Position numbers and translations under genes: made by a program. From an uncultured Dethiosulfovibrio sp. (lineage in GTDB: Bacteria > Synergistota > Synergistia > Synergistales > Dethiosulfovibrionaceae), in NCBI GenBank assembly GCA_963667585.1, contig OY763420.1, forward strand, positions 1,205,528-1,269,527: a DNA stretch of 64,000 bases, in the 5' to 3' direction. Under the pieces are notes generated by a model. The model had not been told where the DNA came from and made no database searches. It saw only the letters and a list, made by a program, of their open reading frames with translations. Positions 23,021-32,591 of this stretch are shown here, one piece after another. Within the stretch, counting starts at the first letter, position 1. Every line of letters begins with the position of its first letter.

Positions 23021-24109
23021 ATGGGTCTTACCGTGGGAATGCAGGATCTCCTGAGGGACGTTATAAAGAAAAAATCCAGCGATCTGCACCTTAGCGTAGG
23101 GAATCCCCCTGCTATGAGGCTGGACGGTCACCTTATAAAAATGGCCAATGCGGGAATCGTCGAAAGGGAGGATATGGAGATCATCGTATCGGGGCTTCTC
23201 TCGGAAGAGCAAATGGAGACCCTCAGATCGACCAAAGAGATGGACTTTAGCTTCTCTTTTCAGGGACAGGACTATAGCGCAAGATTTCGGGGAAACTGCT
23301 TTTACGAGCTAGGCCAGCTCGCCATAGCGTTAAGGCTGATCCCCACCGATATCAGGACCATAGACCAACTGATGTTGCCTGAGGCACTGGCGGATATATG
23401 CGATCAGAAAAGAGGACTATTTTTGGTCACTGGGCCCACAGGGCACGGGAAAAGCACCACCCTCGCTGCGTGCCTACAGCACATAAATTTGACACGAAAG
23501 GAACATATCATCACCATCGAAGATCCTATAGAATACCTATATAGGTCGGAAAATTCCATTGTCCATCAGAGGGAGATAGGTAGCGACACAAAATCCTTCT
23601 CAGAGGCCCTTAAAAGGGCGTTGAGACAGGATCCCGACGTTATCCTTATAGGGGAGATGAGGGACCTGGAGACCATCGGGGCGGCCATAACCGCCGCCGA
23701 GACGGGGCACTTAGTCTTCGCAACCCTTCACACCAGAGACGCCTCCCAGTCGATAGACCGGATAATAGACGTCTTTCCTCCCCACCAACAACAACAGATA
23801 AGGCTTCAGCTGGCTTCATCTCTGGTGGGTATCTGCTCCCAGCAGCTTATCCCCATGCCCGGCGGAGGGCGAACCGTGGCCACCGAGCTTTTGAGGGTAA
23901 ACCCGGCGGTCAGAAACTGTATTAGAGAGGGCAAGACGACCCAGATAAAGACGGTAATGCAGACCGGATCGGACGTAGGAATGCACACCATGGAACAGAA
24001 CCTCGCCAGGCTGGTGTTGAGGGGTATACTGACCTTCGATCAGGCGGCAAACTACGCCTACGATAGAAAGGACTTTGAGCGACTGGTTTTTGAAGGTGGA
24101 GAGAACTAG
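23021..24109 (+). CDS. pilT: Type IV pilus retraction ATPase PilT
   Basis: SDLHLSVG, GPTGHGKSTTL, TIEDPIEY, QREIG, ALRQDPDVILIGEMRDLETI, AETGHLV, AVRNCIRE (AIRNLIRE variant). Confidence 0.96.
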   Translation: MGLTVGMQDLLRDVIKKKSSDLHLSVGNPPAMRLDGHLIKMANAGIVEREDMEIIVSGLLSEEQMETLRSTKEMDFSFSFQGQDYSARFRGNCFYELGQLAIALRLIPTDIRTIDQLMLPEALADICDQKRGLFLVTGPTGHGKSTTLAACLQHINLTRKEHIITIEDPIEYLYRSENSIVHQREIGSDTKSFSEALKRALRQDPDVILIGEMRDLETIGAAITAAETGHLVFATLHTRDASQSIDRIIDVFPPHQQQQIRLQLASSLVGICSQQLIPMPGGGRTVATELLRVNPAVRNCIREGKTTQIKTVMQTGSDVGMHTMEQNLARLVLRGILTFDQAANYAYDRKDFERLVFEGGEN

Positions 24110-24127
24110 CCCTGAGGAGGAATTGCC

Positions 24128-25372
24128 TTGAAGTACAGATATAAAGCTAGAGCCCAGGGTGGTAAGATAGAATCGGGTATAATAGAGGGAACAACAGTTC
24201 AGTCGGTGGTGGAGCAGATAAGAAAAAAAGGGATGCTCCCTATCTCCATAGACAAGGTAGAGGAGAAAAAGGCGGCGGGTAAACAGGCTAAATCTACAGG
24301 GTCCTCCAAAGGACTCATACACAAAATGAAGCTCATAGGCACGGTTCCCCTGAAGGACAAGGCGGTGTTCTTTCGCCAGCTTTCCACCATGATAAAAGCG
24401 GGTGTCAACATAGGATCCTCCCTAAATATCCTGTCGGACCAGACGAAAAACCTAAAGCTGTCCGACGCCATCTCTCAGGTTAAAAAGAAAGTGGACGGTG
24501 GAAACGCCCTCAGCTCGGCGATGAAGCTTCACTCCCTCTTTCCCCCTATGTCCATATCCATAATACAGGCAGGAGAGGAAGGGGGAACCTTAGACGGAAG
24601 CCTGGAGAGGGTCGCCGACTTTCTCGAGAGACAGGACGCCCTCCACAAGAAGATAGTCTCCGCCATAACCTACCCGGCGGTGGTAATGGCCTTCTCTATG
24701 TTCGTTCTATATCTGCTTATCACAGTGGTAATGCCTAAATTCGCCACGGTCTTCAATAACCTGAACATAGAGCTACCGGCGGTAACCAAGTTTATGTTCA
24801 CCTTCGGCATATGGATGGCGGAAAACTGGATACTCTTCATCTCATCGGTTATAGCGATCATCGTACTGCTTTCAACCATATCCAGATGGAAGGTAACAAA
24901 GCCCTACATGGACAGGGTAAAGCTAAAACTGCCTATTTTCGGTGACCTCATGTTCAAGGCTGACATGGCAAGGTCAACCAGGACCTTGGCCTCACTGACC
25001 CACTCGGGAATACCTATACTACAGGCACTGGACATGACCTCCCGGATATCGGGAAACACGGTGTTTGAGAACGCCTTCAAGTCCATGGAGATGGCGGCAA
25101 GAAAAGGTGCGGGGCTAGGGGACACAGCCAGAAACATCAAGATATTCCCCCCTATGGTGGCCCATATGCTCCGTGTCGGGGAGGAGACGGGCCAGGTCGA
25201 CGAGATGCTGAACAAAGTTGCCGACTGGTTTGAGCTCGAGCTGGACGAGAAGATAAAGAGGCTGACCTCCATACTGGAGCCGGTGCTCATAGTCTTCGTA
25301 GGAGGGGTTGTGGCCATAGTGGCACTGGCCATATTCTCACCAATAGTCACAGCGATACAGGAGATGTTGTAG
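24128..25372 (+). CDS. pilC: Type IV pilus inner-membrane platform PilC (GspF family)
   Basis: FFRQLSTMIKAG, GEEGGTL, ITYPAVV, SGIPILQAL, FPPMVAHMLRVGEETG, LEPVLIVFVG. Confidence 0.95.
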   Translation: MKYRYKARAQGGKIESGIIEGTTVQSVVEQIRKKGMLPISIDKVEEKKAAGKQAKSTGSSKGLIHKMKLIGTVPLKDKAVFFRQLSTMIKAGVNIGSSLNILSDQTKNLKLSDAISQVKKKVDGGNALSSAMKLHSLFPPMSISIIQAGEEGGTLDGSLERVADFLERQDALHKKIVSAITYPAVVMAFSMFVLYLLITVVMPKFATVFNNLNIELPAVTKFMFTFGIWMAENWILFISSVIAIIVLLSTISRWKVTKPYMDRVKLKLPIFGDLMFKADMARSTRTLASLTHSGIPILQALDMTSRISGNTVFENAFKSMEMAARKGAGLGDTARNIKIFPPMVAHMLRVGEETGQVDEMLNKVADWFELELDEKIKRLTSILEPVLIVFVGGVVAIVALAIFSPIVTAIQEML

Positions 25373-25393
25373 GGATTTACCATTGCGGTTTGT

Positions 25394-25402
25394 ATGGTAT
25401 AA
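25394..25402 (+). promoter_or_regulatory. Probable internal promoter for the pilin gene (extended -10)
   Basis: TGG-TATAAT in the AT-rich gap between pilC and the pilin gene. AGGGAGG SD before the ATG at 25456. Confidence 0.55.
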
Positions 25403-25455
25403 TACAAAAGGTTGTATAAATGAGATTTGACATTACACTAAGGGAGGACTTTAGC

Positions 25456-25911
25456 ATGAAAAAGGATATCAAAAGAAACAAAAGGCCAGGATTCACACTG
25501 GTTGAGTTGCTCATAGTCATAATCATCATCGGTATACTGGCAGGAGGAATGATGATGGTCGCAGGAGCGGGAACCGACAAGGCCAACGCCACGAAGATAG
25601 TCAGCGATTTAAGGAATTTCAAATCGGCTTCGTTAATGTTGTATGCGGACACTAATAGCTGGCCTCGCGCTGGAGAAAATGGCATTTCTGATATAGCTAA
25701 GTATATTGATAGAACGATCGTTAGTGGCGATTATGATTATATAACCAGTGTTGATTTTAGTGGTGTTACGGGTGATTTAGTTGGATATAAGGGTGCCCTT
25801 TTAACTAGTGGTGTGGAGGATAAACTATCTGAAATGGCAGAGGCCTCTGGTCTTTATGGAAACACTGGTAGCAAGTATAGCTCTGGTAACGTATACATGA
25901 GAGTCCGTTAA
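25456..25911 (+). CDS. Type IVa prepilin, probable major pilin (start moved from 25420 to 25456)
   Basis: Basic leader MKKDIKRNKRPG followed by FTLVELLIVIIIIGILAG (G|F cleavage, E5). Strong SD and likely its own promoter. Confidence 0.9.
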   Translation: MKKDIKRNKRPGFTLVELLIVIIIIGILAGGMMMVAGAGTDKANATKIVSDLRNFKSASLMLYADTNSWPRAGENGISDIAKYIDRTIVSGDYDYITSVDFSGVTGDLVGYKGALLTSGVEDKLSEMAEASGLYGNTGSKYSSGNVYMRVR

Positions 25912-25912
25912 C

Positions 25913-26284
25913 ATGTCCAGGAGGGCCTTTTCCCTTGTGGAGACCCTCATAGCCATGGCCATACTGTCCATAGCCCTGGTGGGACTGGCGGCGGTTCCCG
26001 TCGCCACCACCAGGCTCATGGTCCACGGCGTCCAGAGGGAGAAGGCCCTTTCGGTGGCCATGGCCAGGCTTGAGGAGGTCGAGGGAGTCGATCTGGACAA
26101 CACCTCCTGGGTCGTCAGTTCCGACGTTGACGGAGGGTATTCCTGGTCCAGGTCTGTTGCGAAGACCTCCGATTATCTCCACTCAGTTACGGTAGTGGTA
26201 GACTGGGACGGTCTCCGAGGGGCCGGAAGCCTGACCTTATCTCGAGATTACGGACCGTTCTCCGCTAGGGAGGCATCTAAATGA
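25913..26284 (+). CDS. Minor prepilin (PilV-like)
   Basis: MSRRA|FSLVETLIAMAILSIAL class III signal peptide with E5. Confidence 0.85.
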   Translation: MSRRAFSLVETLIAMAILSIALVGLAAVPVATTRLMVHGVQREKALSVAMARLEEVEGVDLDNTSWVVSSDVDGGYSWSRSVAKTSDYLHSVTVVVDWDGLRGAGSLTLSRDYGPFSAREASK

Positions 26285-27207
26285 CCTACTCCAAAAAAAC
26301 AGGATCGAAAAGACGGAAGGCCTTCACCTTGGTGGAGGTCTTAATTGCTTTGCTGATAACCTCGGTAATAGGTGGATCGACGGTGTCCCTCCTCTATACA
26401 TACCTCAAAAACTACGAACAGTCCTCGGAGTACACTACCGCCCTCCAGAGGGGACAGATGGTCCTGTCCATTCTTCAGCCGGTCGTGTTGAACGGTGCCT
26501 TTTCTATGCCATGGGGTGACGAGTTTGCTGATTTATCCCCGTATTTGGGAGTTCCGTCTATGAAAGAACCTTTAGAGGTATACGATAAGGGATCGATGAA
26601 AAGCGGCGATCTGAGTGTCTTTTACGCCTTGCCCTCCAAGATAGGAAGCTCCGTAGCTGTTGAGGATATATCTGTTCCCTTCTCGATACCTCTCTTTCCT
26701 GTTGGCTATACCTTATCAGACTTGAATTCATTTTTAAGTTCTGCATATATGACTCCCGGCGAGACCTCGGGGCTTCGGTGGGTCTTGTTCCCATCGGCCC
26801 AAATTCCTCTTAAAACTTCCCAACTTCCCGTTGATATGTCTGTAACTTTTAACGGATCTCCTGGAGGGGTCGGTGGCAGGATATCCCAGGGAGACAGAAT
26901 GTTTATCCTCCGTCACCTTCGGGCCTATATAGGGATACAGCCAGGCCAGTCGATACCGTCGCTGTTCATATCGGACAACGGGAATCCACCTATGCCTCAG
27001 GTTTTAGGCATCAGGAGGATATTCTTCGACTGGAATCCAAGTTCCAGTAATTTGAGGGTCTGGGTTTTGAGCCAAGGGGATGGGTTGTTCCCTAGTCCTA
27101 TATCTCAGGACGTACAATGGCCCTCTAACTCAGGATATGCCCTGACATCCGACGATTTTCGTTTTTATCTGGCTGTGTCTACCGCGGACTGGAGGGTGAG
27201 AAATTGA
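26281..27207 (+). CDS. Minor prepilin (PilW/PulJ-like)
   Basis: RRKA|FTLVEVLIALLITSVIG. Overlaps both neighbours by 4 nt. Confidence 0.85.
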   Translation: MTYSKKTGSKRRKAFTLVEVLIALLITSVIGGSTVSLLYTYLKNYEQSSEYTTALQRGQMVLSILQPVVLNGAFSMPWGDEFADLSPYLGVPSMKEPLEVYDKGSMKSGDLSVFYALPSKIGSSVAVEDISVPFSIPLFPVGYTLSDLNSFLSSAYMTPGETSGLRWVLFPSAQIPLKTSQLPVDMSVTFNGSPGGVGGRISQGDRMFILRHLRAYIGIQPGQSIPSLFISDNGNPPMPQVLGIRRIFFDWNPSSSNLRVWVLSQGDGLFPSPISQDVQWPSNSGYALTSDDFRFYLAVSTADWRVRN

Positions 27208-27734
27208 AGTCAAGAAGAAAAAAAAGCGGCTATTCCCTGGTTATGGTCCTGGTCGTCCTGGTAATAGGTGGGTCTTTCGTTGCCCTGGCTTTTCAGATGG
27301 TGGAAAGCAGAAACCGACTTGGAACTATGGTTATGATCCAAAAACAAAGATATAACTCCGGCGTCTCTTCGTTGGAAAGGGGAAAGTTTTGGATACACAA
27401 CACTATAAATCTTACCGGAAAACTACCTGTTAGAGTTGCCACAGCCCTTCCAGCCACCGTTTCCGATCTGATAGTAAGATCCTCCGACGGTTATGTTATG
27501 TACGACCTGGCTTATCCATCGTTAGGTATCTCTATGGATGCGTCCTTTCTTGGCTTTCCTAGGTGGGATTTTTCCGATTTTAGCGGTAGTATAGCCATAG
27601 GTGACTACTCTTCCTCTATAGGAGGAGCTAATAACGATACAGGGGAGGGGCCGGATCAGATAGGGATCTATCTGATAAGGTCTTTTCAGTCTGAGGGAGG
27701 AGGTTACGAAGTTGTCGTCGCAGAAGGGCTTTAG
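27204..27734 (+). CDS. Minor prepilin lacking Glu5 (PilX/GspK-like)
   Basis: RRKKSG|YSLVMVLVVLVIG has a hydrophobic residue at +5, as in PilX/GspK. It lies immediately before pilY1. Confidence 0.75.
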   Translation: MKSRRKKSGYSLVMVLVVLVIGGSFVALAFQMVESRNRLGTMVMIQKQRYNSGVSSLERGKFWIHNTINLTGKLPVRVATALPATVSDLIVRSSDGYVMYDLAYPSLGISMDASFLGFPRWDFSDFSGSIAIGDYSSSIGGANNDTGEGPDQIGIYLIRSFQSEGGGYEVVVAEGL

Positions 27735-30700
27735 CTGTCGTGTTTTTACGTCTTTTTTATCTGTCGGTTTATTGTCCGGCATGTTTTTTGCCGATGTTGG
27801 AGAATCTACCTTACTAAAAGGCTACCCTAAATTGAGCTGGGGGCTGGAGGATGTATATGTAACTGGATACCCTCCTAACGTGCTGTTGTTAATAGACACT
27901 GGGTCCCCGATGATATGGACCCCTCAGGGCAAGATGCCCTCTGGAAAGGTTGACTTCAAAGACACACCTCTCGGTGATTGTACGTACGGCGATGGTAGCC
28001 GTCCCTCTAGTACGGTATCATCGAGGAAAGAGCGGTACGGAAGAGATCTGGATCCATCCAACAACGACATAAATGACGACAATAACTATTATAATGATTT
28101 GATTTTTAGGGAATCTTCCTATTCAAGGGAAAAACCTAAGCCTAGCTATACCGTAAACGATCTTATCCCAAACGATAGCCGTCTCTACAAGCTGAAACTG
28201 GTCCTTTGGCGTCTGCTTGAGAGCAAAGAGCTTGTGAAGGATATGAACCTGGGGCTGGCGACGTTCTGGCAACAGCACATACCTAACGGTGCTTTAGCGG
28301 ATTGGTATAAGGTATCACCGTACGAGGGAGGCCCCGACTGGGCTATTGAGGACTACAGTCAAAACAAATGTTACAGGGATTCTCAAAATATTAAATGGGG
28401 AGTAATGATTAACGATTATCACTATAACAATCAAAAGGCCAATAAAGCTAGGCTGAGGATCCCAATAAAAAGTACCTCCGACAGTAGCGTTATATCCGAT
28501 ATAAAAAAGCTGATAGATGGAGAGGAGTCCTCTGGTAACGACGAGCTTCGTGCTGATGGCAAAGCTCCCCTAGCTAGGTCCATATATAGCTCTAAAGTCA
28601 GAAAGAGCGACGAAAGCAACGGAGATATCTCTGGCACCGCCTGGCATTTCTTCAACAGTACCCCTATGGGAGGTATCTGTCAGACCAACTGGCTGGTGAT
28701 TCTCACAGCAGGGGACGATAACCTTAACGATGAAAGTCCTGTGGAAGCGGTTAAGGCTTTATACCGCAACTCAAAAAATTTAAATGGTGAAACTCTGGAG
28801 TATCCTATCAGGACTTTGGTCATAGGTTTTGTCGATCCAAACGATGACTCTACCGATGTGGTCAAGCTCAGAGATACACTAAACAGGATGGCTTTTTACG
28901 GTATGGACAGTGGATACGATAAAGACGGCAACCCCAGGGAATACGTTGAGCCCTCTTCTGGAGGGAACTATGCCCTTTTTGCGAACGATGTCCCTGGTTT
29001 GATTGAAGGATTCTCCAGAGTTTTTGCCACCATCCAATCCGGCCGATTCGGCAGCAACGCCCCTATAGCTGTAAGAACTCCAGGGGTAGATGGAGAGGTT
29101 TCGGCCGTAGTTCCCTACTACACCCGAAAAGGTGAAGGACAGTGGCATGGGGATCTGTGTAAAGAGGATCTGGAGAACGGATTGGTGCTGTGGAGCGCTG
29201 AAAGCCAGCTGCCGACCCCTGCCGATAGAGCGCTGTACACCGTGGCCTGGGACGATAGGGACAAGCCGTCGGAAAAGGGAGTTACAAATCTTTCTCTGTT
29301 CAAACCGGAGGAAAGCTCCAATCAGATTTCCGCTTTTTCAAACGAGATGGGGATCGGCAACTCAAACAAGAGAGATCTAAGGGATTTTATCGGATGGCTT
29401 AGGGGCTACAAAAACTACGGGTACGGGGATTTATCCCGTAGAGAGCACGTCCTTTTCGATATGGAGCACTCAGGGCTGAGTTTGGTTGGACCCCCCGGTG
29501 GAAGCTACACGAACCAATATTACCTAGCCTTTAAAGAGGATCATAAAGACCGCCTGAAATCGATCTATATCCAATCGAATAGTGGGATGTTACACTGCTT
29601 TGATGAGGAAACCGGGAGGGAACGTTGGGCTTTTGTGCCCCCCAATGTCCTTCACAGCCTTAGAATAGCCTCCCTGAGGTTTTCTAGAAAATCCGAGGGA
29701 TTGTTTGCCTATTCAACCGAGGAGAAATCGTTGCCTTTGTACCTTCTGGATGGCCCAGTGGCAGTCGGCGATGTACGTGACTCGGAGGGGAATTACCACA
29801 CAGTTTTAGTTGGTTTTTTGGGCAGAGGTGGAGCCGGTATGTACGCTATGGATATAACCGATCCGATAAAGCCCCGTTTTCTCTGGGCCATGGAGAACGC
29901 TTTTGACGTCGATAAAGACGATTACGATAGGCTTTTTTGGACAAAGAAAAACTCCGATTCTGAGTTAGGCGTGGATATGAACGTTATCCCTAGGGATGAG
30001 GACCCTGACTTCAGCCTTATAGGGTTCACCACTACCGGTCCCCCAGCTATTGGGATGATCTCAACCACAGGCGGTGATATCCCTGCTTTTATACTGTCAG
30101 GAGGAGTTGGCCTAAAAAAAGATAGCGATATAGGAAAAGCTATCTACGTCGTAAACGCCTTGACCGGAGAGATTGTCCATAGTTTTGTATCTTCTTGGGA
30201 TAATGATGGAGTTGAACTTGACCTAGGAACGGTGCTCTCCCCAGCGGTTGCCTACAGTACGAGGATGAGGGACAGGACAATCGAGGGATTTTTCTGTGCC
30301 GATTCCGCCGGCTCTATCCTTCAGGGGAATACGGATAACGTCTTTGAGCTCAAAAATATGTGGACCCTGTCCTGTCCCTCCCCTAGAGAGGGTATTTCCT
30401 TCTCCGGTTTGGCGAACCCTTTGCCTTTAGGCGTTGGCCTTATAAAAAACGATATATGGGTCTTTGGTGGGACCTCTGGGATGTCGTTAGCTGAGGAGAA
30501 TGGGTTTCAGAATAGCCACAACATCATCTTCTCTTTGAACGTGGAGAAGGCAAAAAACTCTTCTGCTTTTAGGGATTTTAATAATCCTAACGTCGGGATG
30601 GTTTCCCACGATGGCTACGAACACTCCATCGGCAGTATCGGCTGGTTCATGCCCCTTGATCTAGCATCATCGGAGCTCGGTCAAGAATACTCTACGACAT

Positions 30701-31080
30701 CTTCCCTAATGACCCACGGAGCAATCTTTATAGCCACATATCAAAAATCCATGGAAGAGGATAGATGTTCGGCAAACGGTTTTGCCCATATATATGCTCT
30801 AGATCCAACGACAGGGCGAGGCTATTGGGACAAAATCGGTAAAAAAAGGTTGACCTTAGAAGGTCTAAAAATAGCTGGTATATCCGTGACTGGAGATAAG
30901 CTGATTTTATCTGTAAAAAAGATGAAGCCGTTTGAAAAACCTAGCGACATAGGGGATGTCAAAATCGTAGAAAAAGGTGATCTGCTTGAGATAGACCTTA
31001 ACTCTCTTAGTTTACCGGGACAACCTATAGGGAGTAGGGTGCCTAAAACGATTTATTGGCGTGAACTATTCTCTCAATAA
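27712..31080 (+). CDS. PilY1/PilC-like pilus tip adhesin (vWA-like N-terminus, beta-propeller C-terminus)
   Basis: PNVLLLIDTGS and WLVILTAG (vWA-like). NSGMLHCFD, ERWAFVPP, YLLDGPVAVGDV, GRGGAGMYAMDITDP (PilY1 propeller). Follows the minor pilins. Confidence 0.85.
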   Translation: MSSQKGFSCRVFTSFLSVGLLSGMFFADVGESTLLKGYPKLSWGLEDVYVTGYPPNVLLLIDTGSPMIWTPQGKMPSGKVDFKDTPLGDCTYGDGSRPSSTVSSRKERYGRDLDPSNNDINDDNNYYNDLIFRESSYSREKPKPSYTVNDLIPNDSRLYKLKLVLWRLLESKELVKDMNLGLATFWQQHIPNGALADWYKVSPYEGGPDWAIEDYSQNKCYRDSQNIKWGVMINDYHYNNQKANKARLRIPIKSTSDSSVISDIKKLIDGEESSGNDELRADGKAPLARSIYSSKVRKSDESNGDISGTAWHFFNSTPMGGICQTNWLVILTAGDDNLNDESPVEAVKALYRNSKNLNGETLEYPIRTLVIGFVDPNDDSTDVVKLRDTLNRMAFYGMDSGYDKDGNPREYVEPSSGGNYALFANDVPGLIEGFSRVFATIQSGRFGSNAPIAVRTPGVDGEVSAVVPYYTRKGEGQWHGDLCKEDLENGLVLWSAESQLPTPADRALYTVAWDDRDKPSEKGVTNLSLFKPEESSNQISAFSNEMGIGNSNKRDLRDFIGWLRGYKNYGYGDLSRREHVLFDMEHSGLSLVGPPGGSYTNQYYLAFKEDHKDRLKSIYIQSNSGMLHCFDEETGRERWAFVPPNVLHSLRIASLRFSRKSEGLFAYSTEEKSLPLYLLDGPVAVGDVRDSEGNYHTVLVGFLGRGGAGMYAMDITDPIKPRFLWAMENAFDVDKDDYDRLFWTKKNSDSELGVDMNVIPRDEDPDFSLIGFTTTGPPAIGMISTTGGDIPAFILSGGVGLKKDSDIGKAIYVVNALTGEIVHSFVSSWDNDGVELDLGTVLSPAVAYSTRMRDRTIEGFFCADSAGSILQGNTDNVFELKNMWTLSCPSPREGISFSGLANPLPLGVGLIKNDIWVFGGTSGMSLAEENGFQNSHNIIFSLNVEKAKNSSAFRDFNNPNVGMVSHDGYEHSIGSIGWFMPLDLASSELGQEYSTTSSLMTHGAIFIATYQKSMEEDRCSANGFAHIYALDPTTGRGYWDKIGKKRLTLEGLKIAGISVTGDKLILSVKKMKPFEKPSDIGDVKIVEKGDLLEIDLNSLSLPGQPIGSRVPKTIYWRELFSQ

Positions 31081-31098
31081 CAGTGACGGAGGTTTCCT

Positions 31099-32046
31099 AT
31101 GGCTTTCTGGAAAAGAAAAAAGGCTAAAGACGCTATGGCCGGACTGGCCATTATGACCAGCGGTATCTACTACCTCGATCTGGCCAGAGAGGGCGAAGGT
31201 CTATCGGTCAAAAGACAGGAGTTTGTGGGGTACTCAAGGGCAGCGGTCAAACAGAATGGCCTGGTTGACCCTATGGCGGTTCTGGATTCGGTCTACGAGC
31301 TATCCGCAAAAATAGGGGGTTTTTCCTGTCCTGTCTCCATTGGCTTGCCCTCCAGGGATTTTATGATCCGTAACGTCGATCTTCCTAATATGGATTTACC
31401 TATGGCTAAAGATGCGGTTCAGTGGGATTTTGAAAAACACTTTCCCTATCCGGTTACCGAGGCCCTCTACGATGTATCCAACGTAGATCTGCCCTCCGGG
31501 AACGATAAAGAGGACACCGTCCATCTTCTGGTGGCGTCGGTTAAAAAGAGCAAGATAGAGCCCCTTCTGGACGGCTTTAAGGCCCACGGGGTGCCTATGC
31601 TGTCCATGGAGCCCAACAACGTAGCGGCCTTCAGGGCGATGGTGGGAAAGGGATATGAATCGGAACAGGGCTATATGGTCCTCATGGTCTACTCCGAAGG
31701 AGTGCAGTTCGTCATCGGTTTCAAGGAGAGCAGCCTTTTTTATAGGGCGGTCCCGTTTCCCGCCGATTTGGCTATGGGAATTGACGAGCTTGGCAACAGG
31801 GTTGTCAGCGAGATTCAGGCTACCTTAAACTATATAAAGACTATTTTCAGAGATCTGCCTATCGGCAGCATAATCCTAGGAGGGGATCACTCGGTGAGGG
31901 AGGTTCTTAGAGAGAGAATCTCCCGTAGTATGGAGACTCCGGTGCTGGTGGTCTCTCCCTGGCAAAACTGGAATATAGCTGGTGCCCCTGAGGAGTCTGG
32001 GGAGAGCGAGTCTGTCGTAGGGCTGGCGGTGAGGGATCTATTATGA
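31099..32046 (+). CDS. pilM: Type IV pilus alignment protein PilM (actin-like)
   Basis: About 315 aa cytoplasmic protein with VSIGLP, FEKHFPYP, LLVASVKK, IILGG, VVGLAVR. First of an M-N-O-(P)-Q order. Confidence 0.8.
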   Translation: MAFWKRKKAKDAMAGLAIMTSGIYYLDLAREGEGLSVKRQEFVGYSRAAVKQNGLVDPMAVLDSVYELSAKIGGFSCPVSIGLPSRDFMIRNVDLPNMDLPMAKDAVQWDFEKHFPYPVTEALYDVSNVDLPSGNDKEDTVHLLVASVKKSKIEPLLDGFKAHGVPMLSMEPNNVAAFRAMVGKGYESEQGYMVLMVYSEGVQFVIGFKESSLFYRAVPFPADLAMGIDELGNRVVSEIQATLNYIKTIFRDLPIGSIILGGDHSVREVLRERISRSMETPVLVVSPWQNWNIAGAPEESGESESVVGLAVRDLL

Positions 32047-32591
32047 CAAAGTTTAACGTTTTGCCAGAGGAGTACAGGGTAAAGGACAGTACAGAAAAGC
32101 TAAATCCCCTTAAGCTCTTTTTTCCTGTGGTTATGGTATCCTTTCTACTGATCTCCCTTTTAACTTTAGGTATCGGGTCTTTAAAATACGTAAAGCTCAA
32201 CGACCGGTTAGAGGGGTTGATACTGGAGAGGGATGTGCTGAGAGCTCAGGGAGAAAAGCTTATAGTGGAGCTTGGAAGGCTGAAGGAGAAGGAGTCGGTG
32301 GTGGTCGCCACTACTAACCTGTTAAAAGGGGATATCCCTTTGCTTGAGCTTTTTCGCCAGATAGAGCTTTCCCTTCCTGGAGGTGTATGGCTGTCCTCCC
32401 TTTCGGCGGAGCAGGAAAAGGCCCAGCTTAACGGCTTTTCCTACAACGAAAACGACGTGGTTCTCTTTGCCACTGGGCTTATGCAGTCTCCTATCGTCGG
32501 TCAGGTGGGCTTTCCCAACACCCGGCGGGTAACCAGGGACGGTCATAGTCTGGTCGAGTTCAGGCTGAGCTGTACTTTGGTGATGCCATGA
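32043..32591 (+). CDS. pilN: PilN-like protein
   Basis: N-terminal FNVLPEEY (the NLLP-type PilM-binding motif), TM helix, coiled coil, LPGGVWLSSL, LNGFSY. Confidence 0.85.
   Translation: MTKFNVLPEEYRVKDSTEKLNPLKLFFPVVMVSFLLISLLTLGIGSLKYVKLNDRLEGLILERDVLRAQGEKLIVELGRLKEKESVVVATTNLLKGDIPLLELFRQIELSLPGGVWLSSLSAEQEKAQLNGFSYNENDVVLFATGLMQSPIVGQVGFPNTRRVTRDGHSLVEFRLSCTLVMP

Noticed and set aside
25492-25911. Electrically conductive (e-pilus) interpretation of the pilin
   Set aside because: By hand count there are 12 aromatics in 139 residues (8.6%), with a 41-residue aromatic-free gap between F1 and F43 and no aromatic at positions 24 or 27. This fails the commonly used heuristics.
27218-27225. 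A8 tract in the pilX-like leader (also A7 tracts in the pilW-like gene and pilY1) as phase-variation switches
   Set aside because: The tracts are short, encode the Lys-rich leader or other Lys runs, and all frames are intact. There is no evidence of slippage without read data.
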